Assembly (NCBI GenBank): GCA_041611095.1 | Contig: JBFINP010000002.1 | Location: forward strand, 59,837 to 123,836 | Direction: 5' to 3' | Length of the DNA stretch: 64,000 nt | From: Acidimicrobiia bacterium | GTDB taxonomy: Bacteria; Actinomycetota; Acidimicrobiia; Spongiisociales; UBA5794 | In this document: in pieces, positions 17,883 to 27,321 of the stretch | Layout of the letters: every line of letters starts with the position of its first letter | Numbering within the stretch: position 1 is the stretch's first letter | The notes under the pieces: model-generated | The model's database searches: none | Told to the model about the DNA's origin: nothing | What the model saw: only the letters and a program-made list of their open reading frames with translations | Translations under genes and position numbers: made by a program

Positions 17883-18929
17883 ATGAGACTCCTCGTCACG
17901 GGCCACAGGGGGTACATCGGCGCCGTGTTGACGCCGTTGCTCAGGCACGCCGACCACGAGGTCGTGGGCCTCGACAGCGGTCTCTTCCGGGGATGCGACT
18001 TCGGTGCGCCACCCGATCCCATCCCCACGATCGGCCACGATATCCGCGACGTACGAACGCCGGACCTCGAGGGCTTCGACGCGATCATCCACCTTGCGGC
18101 ACTCTCCAACGATCCGCTTGGGGATGTCGACCCCGAATTGACATACGAGATCAACCATCGCGCCGTCGTGCGCCTTGCTCGGGCCGCCAAGGACGTAGGG
18201 GTTGAACGGTTCCTCTTCGCATCGTCGTGCAGCCTCTACGGCGCCGGGGGCACCGGCCTTCTCGACGAGGAGGCCCCGATGGCCCCGGTCACGCCGTACG
18301 GCGAGTCGAAAGTGCGTACCGAACGGGACCTGGCGCAGCTGGCCGACGACGACTTCAGCCCCGTCTACCTCCGCAACGGCACGGCCTACGGAGCCTCCCC
18401 GGCGCTCCGGCTCGACATCGTCGTGAACAACCTCACCGGCTGGGCGGTCACCACAGGACAGGTCAGGATTCTCAGCGATGGCTCACCGTGGCGGCCCCTC
18501 GTACACGTCGCCGACATCTCTGCGGCGTTCATGGCGTGCCTCACCGCGCCCCGTGAGAACATCCACAATGCTGCGATCAACATCGGGCGCAATGGCGAGA
18601 ACTACCAGATCCGAGAGGTCGCCGAGATCGTCGGGGACGCCGTACCGGGCAGCGTCGTCACCTTCGCAGAGGGCGGCGAGCCGGACACACGCGACTACCG
18701 CGTCGACTTCTCGAGAGCCGAGGCCCTGCTTCCCGACTTCCGGCCGACGTGGGACGTCCGGCGGGGGGCCCGGGAGCTCTACGAGGCGTACACGGCAGAG
18801 GGTCTCGACGGCGAGCAGTTCCAGGGTGATCGGTACGTGCGACTGCGCAGGCTGCAGACACTGCTCGCGTCGGGGGCGCTCGACGATGATCTTCGTTGGG
18901 TGGCCAACCGGGAGCCGGTCGGCGCATGA
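17883..18929 (+). CDS. NAD-dependent sugar-nucleotide epimerase/dehydratase (SDR; RfbG/CDP-sugar dehydratase-like GH(R/T)G Rossmann)
   Basis: The internal ATG gives [16 protein letters not shown]..., a YGESK catalytic YxxxK, and an extended-SDR C-terminus. Coordinate derived by ORF-track arithmetic. Confidence 0.8.
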   Translation: MRLLVTGHRGYIGAVLTPLLRHADHEVVGLDSGLFRGCDFGAPPDPIPTIGHDIRDVRTPDLEGFDAIIHLAALSNDPLGDVDPELTYEINHRAVVRLARAAKDVGVERFLFASSCSLYGAGGTGLLDEEAPMAPVTPYGESKVRTERDLAQLADDDFSPVYLRNGTAYGASPALRLDIVVNNLTGWAVTTGQVRILSDGSPWRPLVHVADISAAFMACLTAPRENIHNAAINIGRNGENYQIREVAEIVGDAVPGSVVTFAEGGEPDTRDYRVDFSRAEALLPDFRPTWDVRRGARELYEAYTAEGLDGEQFQGDRYVRLRRLQTLLASGALDDDLRWVANREPVGA

Positions 18930-20218
18930 TCGCGACGAATGATGTCGGGGTGACCGAGGACACGGCGACGACGGCGACCTGTCGGTTCTGCGGCGCCGAT
19001 CTGTCGTTCACGATGGTCGACCTGGGCAAATCGCCACTCTGCCAAACCATCCTCACCGCCGATCAGCTGAACGAGATGGAGCCCTTCTACCCTCTGCGGG
19101 TGTTCGTCTGCAAGCGATGCTCCCTCGTACAACTCGAGGAGTACGTGAGCCCGGCGTCGATCTTCGGACACTATGCATACTTCTCGTCCTACTCCGACAG
19201 CTGGCTGGCCCATGCCAGGCGATACGCCGCGTCGATGATCCGTCGCCTCGGCTTGACCGGTTCGTCGCAGGTGGTGGAGATCGCCAGCAACGACGGATAC
19301 CTCTTGCAGAACTTCGTCGCCAAGGGCATCCCCTCCCTGGGGATCGAACCCGCCGCCAATGTGGCCGCCGTCGCCCAGGAGCGTGGGATCGAGACCCTCG
19401 TCGAGTTCTTCGATGAGGCGCTGGCCGATCGGCTGCTTGCCGAGGGGATGCAGGCAGACCTGCTGTGCGGCAACAACGTCCTCGCCCAGGTACCCGATCT
19501 GAACGGCTTCGTCGCCGGGATGAAGAAGTTGCTCGCACCCGAGGGCGTCTTCACCATCGAGTTTCCCCATATCGTCCAACTGATCGAGCAGAACCAGTTC
19601 GATACGATCTACCACGAGCATTTCTCGTACTTCTCCTTCACCGCGGCCCACCGAATCTTCTCCGCTCATGGTTTGGAGCTGTGGGACGTAGACGAGCTCC
19701 GCACCCACGGTGGATCGCTGCGGATCTACGGCCGCCATGCGGACAACGAGGCCCTCTTGGTGAAGTACCCGGTGCGAGAGATGCTCGAGCGAGAGGAGCG
19801 TTGGGGTGTGGACGAGCTGTCGACGTACGCCGATTTCGGAACCCGCGTGGAGGCGACCAAGCGGCGCCTCCTCTCCTTCCTCATCGCCGCCAAGGAAGAG
19901 GGCAAGGCGGTCGTCGGCTACGGCGCACCCGGCAAGGGCAACACCTTGCTCAACTACTGCGGGATCAGGACCGACCTCCTCGCCTACACCGTCGACCGCA
20001 GCCCGGCGAAGTTCGGCAAGTTCCTGCCGGGCACGCACATCCCCGTGCACGAGCCCGCAGAGATCTTCGTGACCAAGCCCGACTACGTCCTGATCCTTCC
20101 GTGGAACCTCAAGGACGAGATCATGGGTCAGATGGCGGGGATCGCCGAGTGGGGCGGCCGGTTCGTCGTCCCGATCCCGGAGGTCGCGGTCCTCGATCCA
20201 CCGGAGGTGACGTCGTGA
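18926..20218 (+). CDS. SAM-dependent sugar C-methyltransferase (Zn-ribbon N-domain + class I MTase + C-terminal C-methyltransferase domain; TylCIII/NovU-like)
   Basis: CRFCGADL...CKRCSLVQL (Zn-binding), a Rossmann MTase core, and a C-terminal domain typical of the Methyltransf_13/14 architecture. The ATG overlaps the upstream stop (ATGA). Confidence 0.8.
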   Translation: MIATNDVGVTEDTATTATCRFCGADLSFTMVDLGKSPLCQTILTADQLNEMEPFYPLRVFVCKRCSLVQLEEYVSPASIFGHYAYFSSYSDSWLAHARRYAASMIRRLGLTGSSQVVEIASNDGYLLQNFVAKGIPSLGIEPAANVAAVAQERGIETLVEFFDEALADRLLAEGMQADLLCGNNVLAQVPDLNGFVAGMKKLLAPEGVFTIEFPHIVQLIEQNQFDTIYHEHFSYFSFTAAHRIFSAHGLELWDVDELRTHGGSLRIYGRHADNEALLVKYPVREMLEREERWGVDELSTYADFGTRVEATKRRLLSFLIAAKEEGKAVVGYGAPGKGNTLLNYCGIRTDLLAYTVDRSPAKFGKFLPGTHIPVHEPAEIFVTKPDYVLILPWNLKDEIMGQMAGIAEWGGRFVVPIPEVAVLDPPEVTS

Positions 20219-20997
20219 AGGTGGTGCTGTTCTGCGGTGGGCTCGGGACCCGGCTGCGCGACTACTCCGAAGACGTCCCGAAGCCGATGGTGCCGCTTGG
20301 GTACCGCCCCGTCTTGTGGCATGTCATGAAGTACTACGCCTCTTTCGGGCACACCGAGTTCATCCTTGCGCTCGGCTACAAGGCCGACGTCATCAAGCGG
20401 TTCTTTCTCAACTACGACGAGGCGATCTCCAACGACTTCACGATGTCGGCCGGCGGCCGTCAGATCGACATGCTCTCGACCGACATCGACGACTGGACGA
20501 TCACCTTCGTCGACACCGGGTCGAACGCAACCATCGCCGAGCGGCTCCTCGCGGTACGTCGGTATGTGGAGGAGGACGAGATGTTCCTCTGCAACTACGC
20601 CGACGGGCTGACCGACCTGCCCCTGGACGACTACATCCGGGTCTTCGAGAACTCCGACGACATCGCTCAGTTTCTGCTCGTCCAGCCTCCGCTCAGCTAC
20701 CACCGCGTCGAGACGGACGATGCGGGCAAGGTGACGGAGATCCAACCCGTGTACGGATCGAACTTCTGGATCAACGGCGGCTACTTCGTGTTCCGTCGCG
20801 AGATCTTCGAGCACGTCAAGATGGGTGAGGAGTTGGTCGTCGAGCCCTTCGAGCGCCTCATGAAGATCGGCAGACTGGCGGCGCGCAAGTATCCGGGCTT
20901 CTGGGCTCCGATGGACACCTTCAAGGACAAGCAGCGCCTCGACGACCTGTGGGCGAGCGGATGGGCGCCGTGGGAAGTCTGGAAGAAGGCGGAGTGA
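20215..20997 (+). CDS. rfbF: Glucose-1-phosphate cytidylyltransferase
   Basis: The GTG start overlaps the upstream stop (GTGA). VVLFCGGLGTRLRDYSEDVPKPMVPLGYRPVLWHVMKYY, WINGGYFVF and the C-terminal FWAPMDTFKDKQRLDDLW are diagnostic of RfbF/DdhA. About 260 aa. Confidence 0.85.
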   Translation: MKVVLFCGGLGTRLRDYSEDVPKPMVPLGYRPVLWHVMKYYASFGHTEFILALGYKADVIKRFFLNYDEAISNDFTMSAGGRQIDMLSTDIDDWTITFVDTGSNATIAERLLAVRRYVEEDEMFLCNYADGLTDLPLDDYIRVFENSDDIAQFLLVQPPLSYHRVETDDAGKVTEIQPVYGSNFWINGGYFVFRREIFEHVKMGEELVVEPFERLMKIGRLAARKYPGFWAPMDTFKDKQRLDDLWASGWAPWEVWKKAE

Positions 20998-21644
20998 CGG
21001 TGTTCGGCGTCGAGACGCTGGCCGCGGCGGAGGGCATCCTCGCCATCGGAGCGCATCCTGACGACATCGAGATCGGCTGTGGAGCCACCCTGCTCTCGGT
21101 GCAGAAGGCGAACCCTGCCGTCGATCTGCGGTGGCTCGTACTGACCGGTGACGATGTGCGGACGGGCGAGGCGACGAGTTCCGCCGAGCTGTACTTCGGT
21201 GCTGCGACTCCGCTGACCGGGCTCCGCTTTCGTGACGGCTACCTGCCGTACGAGGATCCCGCCGCCGTCAAAGACGCACTCGTCGAACACCGGGAGGGCT
21301 TCACGCCGGACATCGTTTTCGCCCCGCGTCCAGACGACGCCCACCAGGACCATCGCTTCATCGGCGAGCTGGTCGGGCAGGTCTACCGCCGCCAGACGCT
21401 CCTCCATTACGAGATCGCCAAGTACGACGGCGACCTGGCTCCGGTGAACCTATACGTGGCGGTCACGCCGGCAGATGTGGACACCAAGGTCGAGCGCCTG
21501 TTCGCTGCGTTTCCCTCGCAGAAGACGAAGCCGTGGTTCGACGAGGCGTCCTTCCGTGGGCTCATGCGCCTACGTGGTGTCGAGGCGGCGTCCCCGACGG
21601 GGTACGCAGAGGGCTTCCTTGCCCCGAAGCTCGTCTTCGGCTGA
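20994..21644 (+). CDS. PIG-L/LmbE-family N-acetyl-sugar deacetylase
   Basis: Hallmark ILAIGAHPDDIEIGCGATL with a downstream HxDH (AHQDHRF). The GTG start overlaps the rfbF stop. Confidence 0.85.
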   Translation: MTVFGVETLAAAEGILAIGAHPDDIEIGCGATLLSVQKANPAVDLRWLVLTGDDVRTGEATSSAELYFGAATPLTGLRFRDGYLPYEDPAAVKDALVEHREGFTPDIVFAPRPDDAHQDHRFIGELVGQVYRRQTLLHYEIAKYDGDLAPVNLYVAVTPADVDTKVERLFAAFPSQKTKPWFDEASFRGLMRLRGVEAASPTGYAEGFLAPKLVFG

Positions 21645-21647
21645 ACG

Positions 21648-22577
21648 TCAGCTCGGCCGGGCCTGCTCCGGCCGGCGTCGGGTGAGCTTCGTCATGGTCT
21701 GGCGAAACGCCACGACCAGGTCGATGACGAGAGGCTTCCAGTCACCGCCCAAGAAGCCCCTGCCGAGCGCACCGAAACATCGCAGCCGGTCGGATGTCGG
21801 CATCGGGGTGCGGAGCACGGCGCCGGCCACGTCACGGAGGCGACGCCACCGCGGGAATGCGAGCTTTCCCGCCCGCGAGGTGTCGAACCAGGCCTCCCTC
21901 GCCTGGTGATTCATGCTCATGCCGGCGCGAACCGACCTCTCAGGGTGCTCCCTCAGCTGGAAGAGAGGTTCGTCGAGCTCGATGAACGGCCCGAGGAGCG
22001 CCATCTCGGCGAGGAGCGTTCGGTCACTGCCGGTGTAAGAGCCGTGCAGGCGAGTGTGATCGAGCGCAGAGCGGCGCATGACGCCGAAGATGGGATGGTT
22101 GCTGAGGTGGTGGAGCGCATCGAAGAATCGCGTCGCGCGCTCCGGTGACTCGAGTCGCGGGCGTCGCGGGAATGTCCCCAGGTCGTCGCCGGTGGGACCG
22201 ATGAGCGTCGTCGTGGAGAACGCGAGCACCGCCGCACCGTGTTCATCCAGCGCAGCGATGCACTCCTCGAAGAACGTCGGCTGTGGAAGATCGTCGTGGG
22301 CGACCCACACGAAGTAGTCGCTCTTCGGTGCGGCGGCGAAGACGGCGTTGTAGTTGGGGGCGGCGCCGAGGTTGTGCGGCTGCGTGAGGACGGTCACCCG
22401 GCGGTCACGAGCCGCGGCCGAGGCCACGATGGCGGAGGTGCGGTCGGTCGATGCGTTGTCGGAGATGATGAGTCTGAGGTCCGTGAACGTCTGTGCGAGA
22501 ACGGCCGCGATGGTCTCCTCGAGGAAGTTCTCTCCGTTGTACACGGGCAAGCCCACCACGAGCCGTGGAACTGCCAT
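21648..22577 (-). CDS. Family 2 glycosyltransferase
   Basis: VVGLPVYNGENFLEETIAAVLAQTFTDLRLIISDNASTD and the DxD region (VAHDD) are typical of a GT-A fold. Confidence 0.8.
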   Translation of the reverse strand: MAVPRLVVGLPVYNGENFLEETIAAVLAQTFTDLRLIISDNASTDRTSAIVASAAARDRRVTVLTQPHNLGAAPNYNAVFAAAPKSDYFVWVAHDDLPQPTFFEECIAALDEHGAAVLAFSTTTLIGPTGDDLGTFPRRPRLESPERATRFFDALHHLSNHPIFGVMRRSALDHTRLHGSYTGSDRTLLAEMALLGPFIELDEPLFQLREHPERSVRAGMSMNHQAREAWFDTSRAGKLAFPRWRRLRDVAGAVLRTPMPTSDRLRCFGALGRGFLGGDWKPLVIDLVVAFRQTMTKLTRRRPEQARPS

Positions 22578-22645
22578 CTTGGTCGCCCCCCTGGCCTGCT
22601 GCCTCCTGGCGGCATCCTAGGGCGCGAGCGGCCGCGTATCGACGG

Positions 22646-23125
22646 TCATTCGGTGCGAGAGTCCCCGGACGAGGAAGGCTCCGGCATCCGGGGGTACGAG
22701 CGGAGCTCGCGGCGGAGCCGTGGCGGCAGCCGGCGCTGGAGCGCCGGCGGCACGGCGGGCACGTGGGTGCGTACGAGAAGCGCGCCGTGCGTCATCCTCA
22801 CGAAGCCGACCTTGGCGAGCTCGGTCAGGTGGATCGGTCGGGGCAGGGGGCGGTTCCGTGCGGCGGCGGTGGCGAGCCGTAGCAGATCCGCAACCGCCCC
22901 CGGCCCCAAGACGGGCGTCCAGTAGCGCCGCACGTACGGATGCGTGACGGCGAACCCGCGATCGCGATGCTCGTCCCAGATCGCGGGACGGACGGCGAGT
23001 CGGTCGAACACGGTCGGTCGGAGACGTCTGAAGGGCTCGGCGACGCCCGGGCTGGGCACGATGGGAGGACGATCATCGATGGGGTTCCCGGGCGCCGCCG
23101 AAGACTGAACTGCAGGCATGGGCAT
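22646..23125 (-). CDS. Hypothetical protein (Pro/Arg-rich, no recognised domain) inside the glycan cluster
   Basis: 159-aa ORF on the cluster strand. An AT-rich island lies immediately 5' of it. The coding call rests on position and frame only. Confidence 0.4.
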   Translation of the reverse strand: MPMPAVQSSAAPGNPIDDRPPIVPSPGVAEPFRRLRPTVFDRLAVRPAIWDEHRDRGFAVTHPYVRRYWTPVLGPGAVADLLRLATAAARNRPLPRPIHLTELAKVGFVRMTHGALLVRTHVPAVPPALQRRLPPRLRRELRSYPRMPEPSSSGDSRTE

Positions 23126-23224
23126 GTGATATCAAATAAACTGAATAACAATCAAGTGAGACGAGCGAGAGCGCGAAAGAACAGGTGTGGAGAGGGGCCG
23201 GCGAACGCGCGGTCCGGTCGGGTG
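23126..23224 (-). promoter_or_regulatory. AT-rich island (TTGATTGTTATTCAGTTTATTTGATATCAC immediately 5' of the ATG): putative promoter for a leaderless transcript
   Basis: A local GC drop to about 30 % in a roughly 70 % GC genome. A TTGATT -35-like hexamer lies about 18 nt from TATCAC and abuts the start codon of the 22646-23125 ORF. Confidence 0.35.
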
Positions 23225-25000
23225 TCAGACGTCCGTGGTGGCTTCGCCGGTTTGCACGGACCACAGCGTCCGGTACAGCCCGCGCCGGGCGGCGAGGTCG
23301 TCGTGCGTACCGCGCTGGGTGACGCGGCCGTTCTCGAGCACGACGATGTGGTCGGCGTGCCTGATCGTCGACAGTCGGTGGGCGATGACGATCGTCGTCC
23401 GGTCGTGGGCGACCTGGGCGAGCGACCGCTGGATCGCCGCCTCGGTTTCGTTGTCGACGGCACTCGTCGCCTCGTCGAGCACCAGGATCGGGGCTCCGGA
23501 CACGAGCGCCCTGGCGATCGAGATGCGCTGACGCTGGCCGCCCGAGAGCTTCTGGCCGCGCTCTCCGACGATCGTGTCGTAGCCATTGGGCAGGTCGAGG
23601 ATGAACTCGTGAGCCTCGGCGAGTCGGGCCGCGTGCTCGATCTCGTCATTGGTCGCGTCCGGGCGTCCGTAGACGATGTTCTCGGCCACGGTGCCGTGGA
23701 ACAGGAAGACGTCCTGGCTGACGAGGGCGATCGCAGACCGGAGGTCGTGGACCTTGACCTTGGCGATGTCATGGCCGTCGACCAGTACAGCTCCGCTCAT
23801 CGGGTCGTAGTACCGCAGCAGCAGCTTCACCAACGTCGTCTTGCCGGAGCCTGTGGAGCCGACGATGGCGAAGGTGTCGCCGGCGGGGATGTCGAGCGAC
23901 ACGTCGTGGAGGACCGGTGTTCCCGTGACATAGGAGAACCCGACCGAGTCGAAGGTGACCCGGCCTGCCACGCCCGTCAGGGGCTCGCTCCCGTCCTCGA
24001 GCGCCGGTTCGATGTCGAGGACGTTGAGAATCCGGGTCGTCGAGGCCATCGCACGCTGGTAGAGGTCGAGTGTCTCGCCGAGCCGCGTCAGTGGCCAGAG
24101 GAGGCGCTGGGTCAGGAACACCATCACCGAATAGGCACCGACGGCGAGGCCCCCGTCGAGCGTCTGGAACCCTCCCCAGATGAGGGTCGCCGTGAAGCCG
24201 ACGAGGATGGCGACCCGGATGAGCGGAGAGAATGCCGAGCTCAGGACGATCGCCCTGCGGTTGGCGACCCGGTACCGGTTGCTCTCGGTGGCGACTCGCT
24301 CCGTCTCGCGGTCCTCGGCGGTGAATGCCTTGATGGTCATGATGCCGGCGAGGTTGTTGGCGAGCTGGCCGCTGATGGCGCCGGCCTGCTGGCGGACGGC
24401 TGCGTATCGAGGCTCCATACGCGCCTGGAACATGATCGAGCCGAGGATGATGAACGGCATGGGGAGGAACGCGAGCCAGGCGACCTCGGGGGCGAGCAAC
24501 ACGAACGTGAGGCCGATGAGGAGGGTCGCCGTCGCCGTTTGCAGCACGTCGTCGGCCCCGTGGTCCAGGAAGCGCTCGAGCTGATTGACGTCGTCGTTGA
24601 GTATCGCCAGCAATTCGCCCGTCGACTGGTTCTCGTGATAGGCGATCTCGAGGTGCTGGATGTGGCTGTACGCGGTGATGCGCAGTTCGTGCTGGATGGT
24701 CTGCGCCAAGTTTCGCCATGCAACCGCCTGCAGCCACTCGAAGTAGGACTCCAGCGCCCAGACCACGAAGGTGAGTACCCCGAGCACGACGAGCTGCTGC
24801 CGGGGGTCTCCGATGCCGTAGCGGCTGAGGAACGACCCCTGGCGGTTGACGACGATGTCCACCGCCATGCCGATGAGGAAGGGTGGGGCGATATCGAGTG
24901 CCTTGTTGGTCACGGAGTAGATGGCGGCGCGCATCATCTGGGCACGGTGGCCCGTGGCATATCGCCACAGCCTGCGTAGTGGTGGGGTCCGGCTCGCCAT
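23225..25000 (-). CDS. ABC exporter, fused permease + ATPase (MsbA/lipid-A-type, type I exporter)
   Basis: Six-TM N-domain plus an NBD with Walker [10 protein letters not shown], signature [15 protein letters not shown] and Walker [13 protein letters not shown]. Confidence 0.9.
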   Translation of the reverse strand: MASRTPPLRRLWRYATGHRAQMMRAAIYSVTNKALDIAPPFLIGMAVDIVVNRQGSFLSRYGIGDPRQQLVVLGVLTFVVWALESYFEWLQAVAWRNLAQTIQHELRITAYSHIQHLEIAYHENQSTGELLAILNDDVNQLERFLDHGADDVLQTATATLLIGLTFVLLAPEVAWLAFLPMPFIILGSIMFQARMEPRYAAVRQQAGAISGQLANNLAGIMTIKAFTAEDRETERVATESNRYRVANRRAIVLSSAFSPLIRVAILVGFTATLIWGGFQTLDGGLAVGAYSVMVFLTQRLLWPLTRLGETLDLYQRAMASTTRILNVLDIEPALEDGSEPLTGVAGRVTFDSVGFSYVTGTPVLHDVSLDIPAGDTFAIVGSTGSGKTTLVKLLLRYYDPMSGAVLVDGHDIAKVKVHDLRSAIALVSQDVFLFHGTVAENIVYGRPDATNDEIEHAARLAEAHEFILDLPNGYDTIVGERGQKLSGGQRQRISIARALVSGAPILVLDEATSAVDNETEAAIQRSLAQVAHDRTTIVIAHRLSTIRHADHIVVLENGRVTQRGTHDDLAARRGLYRTLWSVQTGEATTDV

Positions 25001-25079
25001 GCTGCGGTGGAGGCTACTTGTGGCCCGGTAGGCAGGCGACGGTGCGCATACTGATGCAATGTCCGGCGCCGACCGTGCG

Positions 25080-25685
25080 ATGCCGATGTTTCCGCTGGGC
25101 CGGGTTCTGTTGCCGGGCGAGCTCGTGCCCCTCCGGGTCTTCGAGCCGCGCTATGTGACCATGATGCGAGACGTACTCGCCCGGGACCGCCGGTTCGGCG
25201 TCGTGCTCATCGCCCGTGGTTGGGAGGTCGGTGGTGGCGAGGAGCGGACCGACGTCGGGACCCTCGCCGAGGTGACCGACGCCGCCGTCCTCGGAGAAGG
25301 TCAATACGCGGTGGTCGGCGTCGGGTCGAAGCGCTTCCGGGTCGAAGAGTGGCTTCCTGACGATCCATATCCGATGGCTTCCGTGATCGATTACCCCGAC
25401 GATCGCGGTTCGTTTCGGGGTGGCGCGCTCGACGAGCTCGAGAAGCGGCTCGCAAAGGTGCGGGCTCTGGCGTCGGAGCTCGGTGCCGATGTCGGCGCGG
25501 CAGAGCCCGTGTCTCCGGAGGAGCCGGTTGAGGCGCTGTGGCAGATGTGCTCGCTGGCGCCGCTCGGCGAGCTCGACCGGCAGCGGTTGCTCGAAGCGAC
25601 GTCCTCGGGTAGGCGCGCACAGCTGCTGACCGAGCTGGTCGACGAAGTGATCGACGAGCTGACGCTACGGCTCGGCGAAGGCTGA
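25080..25685 (+). CDS. LON substrate-binding (LON-N) domain protein
   Basis: [29 protein letters not shown]... is typical of stand-alone Lon N-terminal domain proteins. Confidence 0.75.
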   Translation: MPMFPLGRVLLPGELVPLRVFEPRYVTMMRDVLARDRRFGVVLIARGWEVGGGEERTDVGTLAEVTDAAVLGEGQYAVVGVGSKRFRVEEWLPDDPYPMASVIDYPDDRGSFRGGALDELEKRLAKVRALASELGADVGAAEPVSPEEPVEALWQMCSLAPLGELDRQRLLEATSSGRRAQLLTELVDEVIDELTLRLGEG

Positions 25686-25700
25686 TTTGCCGCGCATCGC

Positions 25701-26108
25701 GTGGCGAGCGCCGAGCCGCGGCCCGTCCGGCGTGGCTCGCCGGGGGTCGAGGCCGCGCGGGATTGCCGGATCGGCTCGGAACGGAGTGCGCGATATCGGT
25801 CCGTGCCGAAGCTGATCTGTGCGGCGTCAAATACGCATCGCTTGCCCCTTCAGACCCGCACCCGCTTGAAGGGCTATAGGGACAAGAGTGTGTGCGCCCC
25901 GGTCACGCGAACCGTCCGGCCAATCCCCAGCGAGCTGCGCCTCGGGCCCGACGACGGCATGCCCGTCACATGCGCCGCATCGTTCGACAAGCTCCGCACG
26001 TTCCCGGAGGCGGCACTCACGGCCCGCATCACCCGCCTCCATCCGGAGCGGCTGCTCGGCGCTTGCGGGGCGGCGCATCGCCGTGGAGTGCTGAGCGATC
26101 AGGGCTGA
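25701..26108 (+). pseudogene. Highly diverged MazF/PemK-family endoribonuclease toxin homologue (intact frame, hydrophobic core positions replaced; likely degenerate; no antitoxin gene seen)
   Basis: By-eye alignment to MazF: VRRGSPGVEAARDCRIGSERSARYRSV vs [34 protein letters not shown] vs TQSKGYPFEV; VTCAASFDKLRTF...LTARITRLHPERLLGACGAA vs VALCDQIRTIDK.RL...IGRLSPE.M..V..AL. Confidence 0.35.
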
Positions 26109-26435
26109 TGCCCGCCTACGGCCACGAGATCACCGTCCCCCGCCGGGTTCGACGATGAGTGTTTGCACAGTTGGTTCGTGTGGCTCGACAACCCGGGTTC
26201 CGAGGTGGGGCGGCGTGTTCTGGTCACGCTCGATGGCAGCCCCGACGTGGTGACCTCGCGGATCACGGCGATGTCGGCGGGCGCGTCTTTCGTGTGGTGA
26301 CCCGGCGTGCGAAGGGTAGGCCGGCCATCAGCTCCTCGACTCGTGCGGGAGCCAGTTTGAGGCGCTGCCGCTACGTTGAAGGCGATGACACGCCGCCTTC
26401 ACCAGGGCAATCGACGCGCTGCTTTGGCCCCTGGC

Positions 26436-26888
26436 TCAGTCCACGATCTCGCTGAAGGTGATCACTAGCGGACCTTCGCCTTCGTCGAACAAGGCGACTC
26501 CCCAGTCGGGACCGGTGAGCCACTGAGCTTGCCGGGAGCCTCCGGCCTCGATCAGCTGGCCTTCGCCGAGCAGTCCCGTGTAGTGCTCTAGGGCGTCGTC
26601 GAATGATTGCTCGCTGAGGAATGCAACGACCTGCGTATCCAGTCCAGGGGGCGTGCTCACCTGGCCGGCGGAGAAGCTGGTTGGGATGAGCTCGCTCGGG
26701 AATCCTGCGGGCAGGTTTTCCTCTCCGAAGCTCGAGTCGTATCCGAGGTCGTCGACCTCGGAGCTCGTGCCGCCATTGCTGCCGGTGCCGGTGTCGCCAC
26801 CGTCGCCCCCCGAATCGTCGTCCGAGCCTCCCCCACAAGCTGATACGACAATCAACAACGCCAGCAGAATCAATCGCCCTGGCTTCAT
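26436..26888 (-). CDS. Small secreted lipoprotein (signal peptide + lipobox LIVVSAC, Gly/Ser/Asp-rich linker)
   Basis: MKPGRLILLALLIVVSACGGGSDDDSGGDGGDTGTGSNGG... The start is taken at Met124 of the listed 273-aa ORF, whose upstream part is arginine-rich noise. Confidence 0.6.
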   Translation of the reverse strand: MKPGRLILLALLIVVSACGGGSDDDSGGDGGDTGTGSNGGTSSEVDDLGYDSSFGEENLPAGFPSELIPTSFSAGQVSTPPGLDTQVVAFLSEQSFDDALEHYTGLLGEGQLIEAGGSRQAQWLTGPDWGVALFDEGEGPLVITFSEIVD

Positions 26889-27030
26889 GAGCGGGTCCCT
26901 CCCTCGTTGCTGGCAACAAGGGAGGCTAGTCGGCCCCCGCCTCAGCCCCTCAGCCATCTCAATGGAGTCCTTCCTGGAGGACCTGTTGAGCAGGACCAGC
27001 TTCGCCATCATCTGAACGCAGCGGTACGCA

Positions 27031-27267
27031 GTGGAATCCATGTGCCGCATGCTGTACACCGTCGCGACCGGCGATGTGACCTCGAAGCCGGCCGCCCTCG
27101 AGTGGGGGAAGCAGGAACTCGCGCCGACGGAGCGGGACCTAATCGCCCAAGCGCTCGCAGACCGGCCGGTCCCCTGCGATGAGCCTCCACGCCCAGGAAG
27201 CGTGCAAGCCGCCATCGCCTTCATCGAATACGGCAAGGAACACGCACGCAAACTCACCGATGCCTGA
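27031..27267 (+). pseudogene. 3' fragment of an ANT(3'')/AadA-type nucleotidyltransferase (DUF4111-like C-terminal domain only)
   Basis: RMLYTVATGDVTSKPAALEWGKQELAPTERDLIAQALADR...IAFIEYGKEH aligns with the AadA C-terminus RIWYSAVTGKIAPKDVAADWAMERLPAQYQPVILEARQAY...EEFVHYVKGE. The roughly 170-aa nucleotidyltransferase N-domain is absent. Its expected position is occupied by the opposite-strand lipoprotein gene. Confidence 0.5.
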
Positions 27268-27321
27268 CCATGTCACTCGCCTGTCGATCGACCCGCGAGA
27301 GACGCTCCAATCCGACGGACC

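Noticed and set aside
19465-20214. 250-codon upstream extension of the rfbF ORF (and 44787-45143 extension of the GT2-membrane ORF, 54731-55282 extension of the Trm112-like ORF, 37911-38126 extension of birA)
   Set aside because: These extensions lie inside well-supported genes in another frame or strand and are Arg/Pro-rich. The true starts are internal and overlap or abut the upstream stop codons.
26371-26919. 182-aa minus-strand ORF and 26159-26455 +ORF in the decay patch
   Set aside because: Arginine-rich, overlapping the lipoprotein gene in another frame; no protein-like features.
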